Assembly (NCBI GenBank): GCA_963717685.1
Contig: OY970346.1
Coordinates: 1,454,981-1,518,980 of the forward strand
DNA: 64,000 nt
Direction: 5' to 3'
Source of the DNA: an uncultured Bacteroidales bacterium
GTDB lineage: Bacteria; Bacteroidota; Bacteroidia; Bacteroidales; VadinHA17
The position numbers and the translations under genes are program-made. The notes under the pieces are model-generated. The model saw only the letters and a list, made by a program, of their open reading frames with translations. It made no database searches and was not told where the DNA came from. Below are positions 31,756-41,351 of the stretch, piece after piece. Every line of letters starts with the position of its first letter. Within the stretch, counting starts at the first letter, position 1.

Positions 31756-32972
31756 GGTTTATTAAGGTATTTTCTTGTAAGATATCTCACAGGATACCAT
31801 GCTGCCCAATAACCGATGAGAAGCACAGTGGCTGGAACGATCACAAAATCCTTCACTTTCATCACAATGGGATAGGAATTCATTATTAAGCTTGCGCTGT
31901 TCAGCTTAATGATGCCATAAGTCTGCTGTATCCAGCATACAAAATAACCAAGAATGATGCCGGCTATTGCTCCGATTATGGATATCATCCAGCCCTCAAA
32001 AATAAAGATCTTGCGGATGAGATCATTATTTGCCCCAAGACTTTTCAGGATTTCAATATCACGCTCTTTCTCTATTATAAGCATTGTAAGCGACCCGATT
32101 ATATTAAAGGATGCAATGATAAGGATAAAAGTAAGGATGATAAAGATAGCCAGACGTTCGGATTGCATGACTTTAAAGAATATTTCCTGCTGTTCAAAGC
32201 GATTTTGAACAATAAAACCGGTACCGAATATTTTCCTGACATTTTTCTGGACAGCACTGGCATCCGCCTTATTTTTTAATCTGATCTCTATGGAACTTAC
32301 CTCGCCAGGTTTTTCAATCAGATCACGCGCAAAGTCGAGCGGAAGGAACAAATACTTGGAGTCATACGATTGTTCCACCTGGAAGATGCCTGAAGTGAAA
32401 ATATAATTCCTGTTGAATGCATTTTCCGGGTCGGGATTGTATCCTGCGGTCCTTCGCGGAACATATATATTAATTGGTGTGATAAAGTTCACCCTGATAC
32501 CCAGATATTGTGCGATACCGATTCCCGGCACGGCCCACGGCCTTCCATTTGCTGACCTGAGCGTGAATTCTCCCTCCCACATTGAACTGTCGATATTCGA
32601 TATCCTCACATAATTGGCATCGACGCCTTTGATTGTCGCGATAAACTGCTTGTCACCGTATTTCAGCAAAGCATTTTCCTCTATTGTAAGTGAATAGCAT
32701 GAAATGCCGTCAACATGCGAAAGCAGTTTCATCCTGGATGAATCAGCAAGGAAAGTTTTTCCTTCCGTTGCCGTGACCTTCAGGTCGGGATCAAATGTGT
32801 TGAAGATACCGGTCACCATCAGCTGAAGGCCGTTAAACACCGACAGAATGACAATCAAAGCCATAGTGCCAACGGCCACTCCGGCTACAGATACTGAAGA
32901 AATGACATTAATGGCATTCCGCGACTTTTTTGCGAAAAGATATCTCTTTGCTATGTAAAGGGAAAGCCTCAC
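31752..32972 (-). CDS. LolC/LolE-type (FtsX/MacB-like) ABC transporter permease
   Basis: 406 aa. N-terminus YIAKRYLFAKKSRNAINVISSVSVAGVAVGTMALIVILSVFNG, a periplasmic domain and a C-terminal FtsX 3-TM bundle. Confidence 0.8.
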   Translation of the reverse strand: MRLSLYIAKRYLFAKKSRNAINVISSVSVAGVAVGTMALIVILSVFNGLQLMVTGIFNTFDPDLKVTATEGKTFLADSSRMKLLSHVDGISCYSLTIEENALLKYGDKQFIATIKGVDANYVRISNIDSSMWEGEFTLRSANGRPWAVPGIGIAQYLGIRVNFITPINIYVPRRTAGYNPDPENAFNRNYIFTSGIFQVEQSYDSKYLFLPLDFARDLIEKPGEVSSIEIRLKNKADASAVQKNVRKIFGTGFIVQNRFEQQEIFFKVMQSERLAIFIILTFILIIASFNIIGSLTMLIIEKERDIEILKSLGANNDLIRKIFIFEGWMISIIGAIAGIILGYFVCWIQQTYGIIKLNSASLIMNSYPIVMKVKDFVIVPATVLLIGYWAAWYPVRYLTRKYLNKP

Positions 32973-32975
32973 TTT

Positions 32976-33782
32976 TCACTTTCTTGCGATGACCAGTAAT
33001 CCGGTTCCTGTTTTATGCCTCAGGCAAAGATCAAAAAAGCTGAAGATCATTGAAACAGGGAAAAAGACCAGGTAATAAAATGGCAGCAGTATGAAGAAGA
33101 AATACGAAACATTAAGCATTCTGACAGGCAGCTTCATTGTCAGGAGCCACGATATATTTCCCGGCTTCCCGTAAGTGTATTCCGTTTCAGTTTCCCGGAA
33201 TCCGGCCCGGGCAAGTTTATTCTTAATCTCTTCAATGCCGTAGCCGTTCCTTACATGCTCGTCAATAAACGATTTGGTATCATCATGGACGTCTGAACCC
33301 CCTTTGTCAGAGGGTGTTGAAATCAGCAAAAGGCCATCATTTTTCAATGATTTATAAAAATTACTAAAAACCGCATCATCCTCCTTTATATGCTCCATGA
33401 CATCCACGCAAAGGATAAAATTATAGGTGTCCGGTTCGATATACAAAGCAAGATCAGCCTGGCTGAATGAAACCCTGGCGGACATGCCGGCCCTTCTGAA
33501 AAAAGTATTGCAGTCACTGACCTGGCTTTCATTTATATCCACACCCCTTATCTTCCAGTTTTTATTCAACCTGCACATTCTCCATGAGTACTGACCCAGG
33601 CCGGAACCTGCATCAAGGACCGTGGCATCGGCAGGGAGCTTATTCTTCAGACGTCCCAGGGCCTTTTTAATGTGCCATGTGCGCAAAAGAATCAAATCAA
33701 GGCAGGTATAAAGAAATTTTCTCAGAAAAAGAGGCCCTGAAAAAAATTTTCCAAGCAGATCCTTAATTGGTTCGTACTGCAT
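32976..33782 (-). CDS. Class I SAM-dependent methyltransferase with C-terminal TM segments
   Basis: Motif I VLDAGSGLGQY. The C-terminal part is hydrophobic (FFFILLPFYYLVFFPVSMIFSFF). Confidence 0.75.
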   Translation of the reverse strand: MQYEPIKDLLGKFFSGPLFLRKFLYTCLDLILLRTWHIKKALGRLKNKLPADATVLDAGSGLGQYSWRMCRLNKNWKIRGVDINESQVSDCNTFFRRAGMSARVSFSQADLALYIEPDTYNFILCVDVMEHIKEDDAVFSNFYKSLKNDGLLLISTPSDKGGSDVHDDTKSFIDEHVRNGYGIEEIKNKLARAGFRETETEYTYGKPGNISWLLTMKLPVRMLNVSYFFFILLPFYYLVFFPVSMIFSFFDLCLRHKTGTGLLVIARK

Positions 33783-33787
33783 TATTA

Positions 33788-34174
33788 TCAGGATTTCAGC
33801 AGTTTATCGATCTTATCGATATAATCAAGACTATCGTCAACATAAAAAGCGATTTCAGGTATAATGCGAAGCTGTTTCCTGACCTTGATACCTAAATCAA
33901 ATCTGATTTTACCGGCATGCTTTTCTATACCTTTAATAATATCACTGTTACCCGGAGAAGGGAAGATGCTTACGTAAATTTTGGCAAATGAAAGATCAGG
34001 CGCGATTCTAACCCTTGTCACTGATATTATTTTCCCGGGGGCGTACTCATTGCCTTTCCTGAGGAAAATATCAGCAATCTCTTTCTGTATCAGTCTCGCG
34101 ACTTTTTTCTGTCTTGTTGTTTCAGTTGATTCCAACGCCATCTTATTTAATCCCGCAAAGGTACTATTTTCCAT
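33788..34174 (-). CDS. rbfA: Ribosome-binding factor A
   Basis: TRQKKVARLIQKEIADIF... matches the RbfA N-terminal pattern. The likely true start is Met12 (34141). Confidence 0.8.
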   Translation of the reverse strand: MENSTFAGLNKMALESTETTRQKKVARLIQKEIADIFLRKGNEYAPGKIISVTRVRIAPDLSFAKIYVSIFPSPGNSDIIKGIEKHAGKIRFDLGIKVRKQLRIIPEIAFYVDDSLDYIDKIDKLLKS

Positions 34175-34318
34175 GGAAATAGTAATTCCGGGAAATTATA
34201 ACGACATTTTCCGGGAGAAACATTTGATTTCAATTTCCGGCACCAGCGGGACGCAATTGTCACTGCAGTACTTTCACAAGGATTTATTAGCTTTGTCAGG
34301 ATTTTATTAAAAAGTAAA

Positions 34319-35308
34319 ATGGAAACTGTAGTCAGCGGGATACGATCGACAGGGAATTTGCATCTTGGAAATTATTTCGGTGCGGTAATCAATTTTCTGA
34401 AAATGCAGAAGGAAAACAACTGTTTTTTCTTTATTGCAGATTATCATGCCCTGACGACTCACCCCAGGCCCGATGACATGCAGGGGAATATCAAAAAGGT
34501 ACTGGCTGAATATCTTGCATGCGGAATTGATCCGGAAATCGCCACTGTTTTTATCCAGAGCGATGTTCCAGAGGTGACTGAATTATATCTTCTGCTCAAC
34601 ATGAATGCATATGTAGGAGAACTTCAAAGGACTACCTCATTCAAGGAAAAGATCAGGAAGCAGCCTGACAACATCAATGCCGGACTCCTGACTTATCCGG
34701 TACTGATGGCTGCAGATATCATAATTCACAAGGCAAATAAAGTTCCGGTCGGGAAGGACCAGGAACAAAATCTTGAAATGACAAGACGCTTTGCGCGGCG
34801 TTTCAATACCATGTACGGAGTGGATTATTTTCCGGAGCCGGATGCGTACAATTTTGGTAAGAAACTGCTTAAAATACCCGGACTTGACGGGACAGGGAAA
34901 ATGGGGAAAAGCGAAAATAACGGGATCTATCTTGCCGATACGCCCCAGGAAATAAGAAAAAAAGTGATGAAAGCTGTTACCGATTCAGGTCCTGTCAAAC
35001 CAGGTGAAAAGCCTTCAGAGCCCGTAAAGAATCTGTTTACCCTGATGAGCGTTGTCTGTGATCCTTCAACTGTTAAATATTTCACAGATAAGCATGCTGC
35101 TGGCGAAATAAAATACGGAGACATGAAAAAACAACTGGCAGAGGATATCATAAAGGTCACTGATCCGATCCGGGAAAGGATAACTCAGATACTTACCGAC
35201 AGGAAATATTTGGCAAAGGTAGTGTCTGAAGGAGCAGAAAAAGCCCGTGCAAGTGCTTCCCGGACAATAAGGGAGGTCAGGGAGATAATCGGATACAGGC
35301 CATTTTGA
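34319..35308 (+). CDS. trpS: Tryptophan--tRNA ligase
   Basis: 329 aa. HIGH-type motif GNLHLGNY and KMSKS-type motif KMGKS. Confidence 0.93.
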   Translation: METVVSGIRSTGNLHLGNYFGAVINFLKMQKENNCFFFIADYHALTTHPRPDDMQGNIKKVLAEYLACGIDPEIATVFIQSDVPEVTELYLLLNMNAYVGELQRTTSFKEKIRKQPDNINAGLLTYPVLMAADIIIHKANKVPVGKDQEQNLEMTRRFARRFNTMYGVDYFPEPDAYNFGKKLLKIPGLDGTGKMGKSENNGIYLADTPQEIRKKVMKAVTDSGPVKPGEKPSEPVKNLFTLMSVVCDPSTVKYFTDKHAAGEIKYGDMKKQLAEDIIKVTDPIRERITQILTDRKYLAKVVSEGAEKARASASRTIREVREIIGYRPF

Positions 35309-35320
35309 CCATCAATAGAA

Positions 35321-35341
35321 AGCCAGGCTTTTGACCTGGCT
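35321..35341 (+). terminator. Terminator-like hairpin after trpS
   Basis: Perfect 7-bp stem agccagg (35321-35327) / cctggct (35335-35341) with a 7-nt loop. No clear U tract follows. Confidence 0.35.
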
Positions 35342-35492
35342 GACCTTGAAAAATCAAGTATATGATTGAGATTGCCTGTGTACTTATGAAAACAAATTGC
35401 GTGCCAAAAAGACATTCAGGCAGGTTGTTGGAATCCCGTTTGACCATGTTATTTATTAATTTTATGGTGGCTGGATCAATAAAGGTCATCAA

Positions 35493-38180
35493 ATGAGAAA
35501 AGCAGTAATTTTTGTTCTTGTTCTGATCCTGATTTCCTTCCTTGCAGTAATGGGATATTTTCTTCAGGAAGGCAGGCAAACGTTACTGACTGACCCCTAT
35601 AAAGCGGTATCGGCCAATGCTTGCATCGTTATAGAAACGACAGACCTGTCAAATTTTTTCAATTCTGTTTCCTCAGATAAGGGCCTGTTCGGCGAATTTG
35701 ACAAAATAAAGGAACTGGGATCATTCAGGGGAAGGATAAAATTTCTTTCCGGTTTGATGAACAGGCCGGGTTTCAAAAGAATAATAAATGGGAATCATGC
35801 AGTCCTTTCATTCCATTTATCAGTCAATGGGAAGCTTCAGACCCTCCTGTCTATGACAATTCCTCCTGAAATCAGGACAAGGCAACTCAGGGGAATGCTT
35901 GTTTCATCAGGAATCAGTAAGATAATTTCACGGAAGCAATTCGGAAATGATATTCTGGGACTTCCGTATGTTTATGAAAACATATCAGACACTGCATGGA
36001 TCTCTGGTGTTTCAGGCCTTCTGATATGCAGTTCATCATGGAACCTGATTAAAGATGCCATTTTGCAGACAGGCAGTGCAACGGATATCAGGGACACTCC
36101 TGGTTTTTCAAGGATCCTTCAGGCATCCGGCAAGAATGAAGACAGGATTTTCGTTGTTTTTGGCAATCTGGGCAAGGCAATCAGGCCGTTATTCAGTGCC
36201 GGATCAGGCTCCCTGGCCGAAAAAACAGGAAGACTTGCCGATTGCGCCGAAGGAGATATTTCCATGAACGATAATGGCATTGTTCTCAATGGTTATGCCC
36301 AATGTACAGATTCGGCTGATTTGTTTTACATGCATTTGCAGGGAACGGCGGGAGTACTTCACACATGCAAAATCCTTCCCTCGTCGACCGCCCTCTTTGA
36401 AACCATTATCACCGAAAAGATAAATTTTTCACAAACCGGACAAAAACCCTTATCCTCTAAAACATCAGCTCTGGCATCAAAGCTTTCCGGATTTATCGGA
36501 AAAGAAATAACGAAAGCATATATAGATATTAAAGGCCGTTCCTTAAATGAGAACACACTGATCATTTATGAGCTGAAGAACAGGGTATATGCTGAAAAAA
36601 TACTCCTTGATGAATTTGAGCCGGAAATGAATAAGAACAATGTGCTGTTCTTCAGACCTGACGACCAGACTAATATTCCAGTGTACCTGACACCGTACAA
36701 GAGATTTTCCTTTGCTATAAAACCAGGCTTTGAAGGCATCCCGGATGATTCGTGCTTCGCTTTTTATGATAATTATCTGATTACAGGCAGTTCTTTCATT
36801 ACCGTCTCAAAGCTTTTATATGACAATATTCTGAACAAAACACTTTCAAATGATCTTTCCTACAGGGATTTTGAAAGTACCCTTCCAACGGTTGCAGGGT
36901 ACTTTTTTTACTGTGTGCCATGGCGGCTGACTGATTATCTGTTTTCGACAGTAAATGAAAAAACGGCTGAAGGCCTGAAGTCCAACAGCAAATCCCTTGA
37001 CAAAATTGAGGCAATAGGATACCAGCTGACATCGAGCAACAACATGCTTTATAACAGCTTATCTGTCAGGTTCAGGGAAGAGGGCAGGCAGGAGTCGGTT
37101 ACCGAATGGGAAACCCTGCTCGACACCGTGGCTGCAATCAAGCCTTTCTTTTTTACGAATCATGAAACCGGAGCAAAAGAGATTTTTATACAGGATATGA
37201 ATAATAACGCATATCTTATAAATGAAGCTGGCAGGGTATTGTGGAAGGTTCCCCTGAAAGAGAGGATTGCAGGTACTGTCTATATGATCGATTATTACAG
37301 GAACGGAAAGTACCAGATATTATTCTCCGGTAAAAATTATCTTCACCTTCTGGACAGGAACGGCAATTATGTGGAAAGATATCCTGTAAAGCTCAGGTCG
37401 CCGGCAACCAGCTCTCTGGCTCTGTTCGACTATGATAACAATAAAAATTACAGGATTCTGATAGCCGGGGAAGACAAAAATATCTATGCCTATGATAAAT
37501 CAGGAAATCTGGTAAAAGGCTGGAACAGATTCAGGACCAGCGGGACAGTAAGTTCAGAATTGTACTGGTTCAGGGTTTCGGGTAAGGATTATATAGTTTT
37601 CGCTGATGAAACTTCAGTATATTTTATAGATCGCACCGGCAAGACAAGACTGATCCTAAGGGAACCTGTGACCAAGGCAAGGAATTCAGCAATTCGAATG
37701 ATTCCGGGAAGGGACCCATCAGTGGTCTGTTCGTCGCCTGACGGAACTGTGCAGCAGATATATTTTGACGGAACTGTCAGAAAATTCAGCCTACTGAAGC
37801 TTTCCGACAGCCATTGTTTCGATGTTTTTGATGTAAATGGCGATGGTTTTGGTGAATATATTTTTATTGACAAAGGTATATTGTATCTTTATGACCATAA
37901 TAGGTCTGAAATGTTTTCCAGGGAATTTGGTTCAAAGGAACTCGACGGTCCGATCAATTTCATCTTTTCAGGCTCTGAAAGAAAGATCGGCGTATTCGAT
38001 GCCGACAAGAACCTGATTTATCTTATGGATGGCAAAGGAACCGTAATGAGCGGCTTTCCATTAAAAGGAGCTTCGATGTTCTCGGTAGGAAAGCTTTCGG
38101 AACAAAACGGATGGCATCTTTTTGTAGGCGGAACCGACAGGTTCCTTTATAATTATAAGTTGGATACTGAAATCAAATGA
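35493..38180 (+). CDS. Large hypothetical protein: N-terminal signal anchor plus C-terminal beta-propeller/FG-GAP-like repeats
   Basis: 895 aa. TM segment AVIFVLVLILISFLAVMGYF. The C-terminal ~330 aa contain about 8 blade-like repeats (YQILFSGKNYLHLLDRNGN, YRILIAGEDKNIYAYDKSGN, YIVFADETSVYFIDRTGK, FDVNGDGFGEYIFIDKGILYLYD, KIGVFDADKNLIYLMDGKG, HLFVGGTDRFLYNY). Confidence 0.8.
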   Translation: MRKAVIFVLVLILISFLAVMGYFLQEGRQTLLTDPYKAVSANACIVIETTDLSNFFNSVSSDKGLFGEFDKIKELGSFRGRIKFLSGLMNRPGFKRIINGNHAVLSFHLSVNGKLQTLLSMTIPPEIRTRQLRGMLVSSGISKIISRKQFGNDILGLPYVYENISDTAWISGVSGLLICSSSWNLIKDAILQTGSATDIRDTPGFSRILQASGKNEDRIFVVFGNLGKAIRPLFSAGSGSLAEKTGRLADCAEGDISMNDNGIVLNGYAQCTDSADLFYMHLQGTAGVLHTCKILPSSTALFETIITEKINFSQTGQKPLSSKTSALASKLSGFIGKEITKAYIDIKGRSLNENTLIIYELKNRVYAEKILLDEFEPEMNKNNVLFFRPDDQTNIPVYLTPYKRFSFAIKPGFEGIPDDSCFAFYDNYLITGSSFITVSKLLYDNILNKTLSNDLSYRDFESTLPTVAGYFFYCVPWRLTDYLFSTVNEKTAEGLKSNSKSLDKIEAIGYQLTSSNNMLYNSLSVRFREEGRQESVTEWETLLDTVAAIKPFFFTNHETGAKEIFIQDMNNNAYLINEAGRVLWKVPLKERIAGTVYMIDYYRNGKYQILFSGKNYLHLLDRNGNYVERYPVKLRSPATSSLALFDYDNNKNYRILIAGEDKNIYAYDKSGNLVKGWNRFRTSGTVSSELYWFRVSGKDYIVFADETSVYFIDRTGKTRLILREPVTKARNSAIRMIPGRDPSVVCSSPDGTVQQIYFDGTVRKFSLLKLSDSHCFDVFDVNGDGFGEYIFIDKGILYLYDHNRSEMFSREFGSKELDGPINFIFSGSERKIGVFDADKNLIYLMDGKGTVMSGFPLKGASMFSVGKLSEQNGWHLFVGGTDRFLYNYKLDTEIK

Positions 38181-38187
38181 TCACGCA

Positions 38188-39684
38188 ATGACAGGGAAGG
38201 CGAAGTTAGTGATGATGATGCTTAGTGCAGTTCTGTGTTTAGATGCAGAATCCCAGAACAGCCAGGTACTATATTATATGAATCTTCCCCAGAATACTTT
38301 TATGAATCCGGCAATGAAGCCAGCTGAAAAATTTTATATAGGGCTTCCGGTGATCACAGGCATTAATGCTGGATTTGGCAACAACTTTCTGACTTTATCT
38401 GATCTGGTTCCTCCGGGAACAAAAATCGATTCGACCTGGACAAAAAATCCTCCGATTGACCCTGGCAAGCTGGCAGGGAAGCTCGCAAACTACAATACTA
38501 TAACGACAGATGCGAGCATCCAGCTTCTGGGCCTTGGAATGACGTTTGGCAAGGATTTATATATTTTCCTTGACGTTTCTGACAGGACCAGTGAGAAAGT
38601 GATTTTCCCCGGCGAGCTGGGAAAACTATACCTGACGGGAGATTCCCAGTTAACAGGAAAGACAATTAATCTTTCGGGTATGAATGTCCTTGGCCAGTAT
38701 TACCGGGAATATGGACTGGGGTTTTCCAAAAATATTACAAGTAAGCTGAGAATAGGGGCCAAAGTAAAGCTTTTATCAGGAATAGCTTCAACATCATTGG
38801 ATTATAATACACTTACTCTAAAGGTTAACAATGACTTAAGCCAGACGGTGACCACAGATGCTTATTTAAATGTGAGCGGAAAAACAACCCTGGACAGGGT
38901 ATTTAGTGAAAATGGCATACTGGGCAGTTCTTCGGGTTCAACAAACACAAGAACAGATTTAAAGGGTTTTATTCTTGATTATCTGAAAATTCCGGTCTCA
39001 AATCCGGGCGTAAGCCTGGATATCGGAGCAGTTTATAACCTTGGAAGTATGCTCACAATCTCGGCAAGCATGACTGATCTTGGCTTCATCGATTGGAAAA
39101 AAGATCTCAAGAGCTATAAGTCTTTGAATACTTTTTCACTTCCAGGCATCTCATTGTCTGACGTTAAAAACAATTCCGGGATCTCCATAGACAGTATGTT
39201 CAATTCACTTGTGAATTCAGTCAAATCAAGCTTCAAGGATACTGTTCCAAAATCGTTCAGAACCTATCTCCCCATGAGTATTTCTGCAGGCGTAAGCGTA
39301 ACCCCGTTACCCATTCTTTCCCTTGGAGTAATGTCGAATTCCAGGTTTTATGCAGGAACGGTGCAGGAATCGGTGACTTTATCGGCCAACGCATATCTTG
39401 GAAGGTTTCTCTCTGCAAGTGCGGCTTATACAATGGCTAATTATACTTACAACAATCTTGGCTTCGGTCTCGCTGTGAAGGCTGGTGTTGCACAGATCTA
39501 CTTGATAGCCGATAAAATTCCGCTCAGCTGGGAAAAAATATATGTGCAAGGCAATGATAATACCTATTCCGCTTACAGAATACCTCAGAACATGAATTTA
39601 TTGAATATACAGCTGGGACTCAATATTGTTTTTGGCAAGCCGGTATCAAAGAAAACCGACAAGCCAATGGTAATAGTTCAATAA
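38188..39684 (+). CDS. Hypothetical outer-membrane-type protein with PorP/SprF-like N-terminal motif
   Basis: 498 aa. Signal peptide, then SQNSQVLYYMNLPQNTFMNPAMKP, which resembles QQDPVTSQYMFDILTYNPGFAG of the PorP/SprF protein at 47427-48371. Beta-rich with alternating pattern and aromatic near-terminal residues. Starts 8 nt after the preceding gene. Confidence 0.7.
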   Translation: MTGKAKLVMMMLSAVLCLDAESQNSQVLYYMNLPQNTFMNPAMKPAEKFYIGLPVITGINAGFGNNFLTLSDLVPPGTKIDSTWTKNPPIDPGKLAGKLANYNTITTDASIQLLGLGMTFGKDLYIFLDVSDRTSEKVIFPGELGKLYLTGDSQLTGKTINLSGMNVLGQYYREYGLGFSKNITSKLRIGAKVKLLSGIASTSLDYNTLTLKVNNDLSQTVTTDAYLNVSGKTTLDRVFSENGILGSSSGSTNTRTDLKGFILDYLKIPVSNPGVSLDIGAVYNLGSMLTISASMTDLGFIDWKKDLKSYKSLNTFSLPGISLSDVKNNSGISIDSMFNSLVNSVKSSFKDTVPKSFRTYLPMSISAGVSVTPLPILSLGVMSNSRFYAGTVQESVTLSANAYLGRFLSASAAYTMANYTYNNLGFGLAVKAGVAQIYLIADKIPLSWEKIYVQGNDNTYSAYRIPQNMNLLNIQLGLNIVFGKPVSKKTDKPMVIVQ

Positions 39685-39726
39685 GCTGAATCATTTAGAG
39701 CCTTTCGGCCGGATAGGATCGTTTAC

Positions 39727-40485
39727 TTATTTCTTTTGAGAATTCCTTAATTGTTTTGCCATGACATTGGCAAAAACAAAATCATTCAGCGTTTCATTAT
39801 CGGAGTTCAATATTTCATCTTTATTGCCTTCCCAGCAGACAGCTCCGTCATTTATGAAAACTATGTTTTCTCCAATTCTCAGCACTGAATTCATATCATG
39901 AGTGTTCACAATAGTGGTCATGGAATACTCTTCGGTAAGCTCCTTTATAAGCTGATCGATTAGAATTGCCGTTATTGGGTCGAGTCCTGAATTGGGTTCA
40001 TCACAAAACAGATATTTGGGGGTCAGTGATATAGCCCTGGCAATTGCCACTCTTTTTTTCATTCCTCCCGATAGTTCTGAAGGAAAAAGGTGATTGGCGT
40101 TTATTATATCGACCCTGTTGAGGCATAAATTTACCCTTTCGTTTTTTTCCTCAGGTGTTTTATTTGTAAACATATCGAGGGGGAATCTGATATTTTGCTC
40201 GACCGTCAGGGAATCAAAGAGAGCGCTTCCCTGGAAAAGCATTCCCATCTCTTTCCTTATTTCTTTCTTGTTTATGAAGTCCAGCTTGTTAAAAAGGACA
40301 TCTTCGAACCATATTTCACCCGAATCAGCTTCATAAAGACCGGCAATGGATTTAATTAGAACGGTTTTGCCTGATCCGCTGCGGCCTATTATAAGATTAG
40401 TCTTACCTGTTTCAAACCTGACAGAAATATCCTTCAGAACATGATTATCGCTGAACGATTTATTTAGTTTTTCTACCCTGATCAT
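39727..40485 (-). CDS. ABC transporter ATP-binding protein, MlaF-like
   Basis: 252 aa. Walker A GRSGSGKT, signature LSGGMKKRVAIARA, Walker B CDEPNSGLDP. 4-nt overlap with the MlaE-like permease gene. Confidence 0.8.
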   Translation of the reverse strand: MIRVEKLNKSFSDNHVLKDISVRFETGKTNLIIGRSGSGKTVLIKSIAGLYEADSGEIWFEDVLFNKLDFINKKEIRKEMGMLFQGSALFDSLTVEQNIRFPLDMFTNKTPEEKNERVNLCLNRVDIINANHLFPSELSGGMKKRVAIARAISLTPKYLFCDEPNSGLDPITAILIDQLIKELTEEYSMTTIVNTHDMNSVLRIGENIVFINDGAVCWEGNKDEILNSDNETLNDFVFANVMAKQLRNSQKK

Positions 40486-41228
40486 TTTGAAAGCAGTAAT
40501 TGAGTCAGAATGACGTTGAACAGAAGAATCAGGACGCTGCTGTGTACGACAGCCTTTGTGCTTGCACGGCCAACCTCAAGGGAACCTCCTTCGACATAAT
40601 ATCCCTGGAAGGCCGAGACGCTAGTAATGATAAATGCGAAAACCAGCGTCTTTATCATGGAATACGTAATATAATATGGTACAAAAGCATACTGGATGCC
40701 ATAAATAAAATTATCAGTAGTGATTACTCCGGAAAGCGTTCCTGCCAGTCCTCCTCCGAAAATGCCGACGCAGATACTAATCAGTGTAAGGATGGGGTTG
40801 AACAGCAATGTGGCAATTATTTTCGGAAGAATGAGATAAGATGCTGAATTTACCCCCATCATTTCGAGGGCATCTATTTGTTCAGTGACTCTCATTGTAC
40901 CTATTTCAGAAGCTATGTTAGAACCGACTTTTCCGGCAAGTATCAATGCACTTATAGTGGAAGAGAATTCCAGGATTATTGAATCACGGCAGCCAAGTCC
41001 GATCAGATAGGACGGATATATGGGATTTGTCGTGTTATAGGCTGTTTGCAGGGTTATCACTGCCCCCATGAAAAAAGAAATAATGCTGATTATGCCGACT
41101 GAATAAAGGCCCAGATATACCAGTTCATGTACGGTCTGCCTGTAATAGACTGATGGCTTTTCAGGCCTGGAAAACACCTTTTTTAAAAGCAGAAAATAAC
41201 GCCCAAATAGTGTGAGAAACTTGATCAT
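40482..41228 (-). CDS. MlaE-family ABC transporter permease
   Basis: 248 aa polytopic protein. Its size and pairing with a MlaF-like ATPase fit the MlaE/Ttg2B family. Confidence 0.75.
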   Translation of the reverse strand: MIKFLTLFGRYFLLLKKVFSRPEKPSVYYRQTVHELVYLGLYSVGIISIISFFMGAVITLQTAYNTTNPIYPSYLIGLGCRDSIILEFSSTISALILAGKVGSNIASEIGTMRVTEQIDALEMMGVNSASYLILPKIIATLLFNPILTLISICVGIFGGGLAGTLSGVITTDNFIYGIQYAFVPYYITYSMIKTLVFAFIITSVSAFQGYYVEGGSLEVGRASTKAVVHSSVLILLFNVILTQLLLSK

Positions 41229-41312
41229 ATCAGTTCTTGACAGGGTTCAAAATTAAGAATATTTGCTGTATTTCCTTTTGACCTGATTCAAATCCGATAG
41301 CATAAATAGTTA

Positions 41313-41320
41313 TATATTTG
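41313..41320 (+). promoter_or_regulatory. -7 box (TAnnTTTG) upstream of the guanylyltransferase gene
   Basis: tatatttg at 41313-41320, 31 nt before the ATG at 41352. Confidence 0.35.
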
Positions 41321-41351
41321 CAAATCGTGTCATAGCTTTAAAAAATCAGTT

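Noticed and set aside
35391-35406. Near-consensus sigma-54 promoter on the minus strand (TGGCAC gcaat TTGT)
   Set aside because: The invariant -12 GC is GT. It would also fire antisense into trpS with no downstream minus-strand gene before rbfA. Likely chance.
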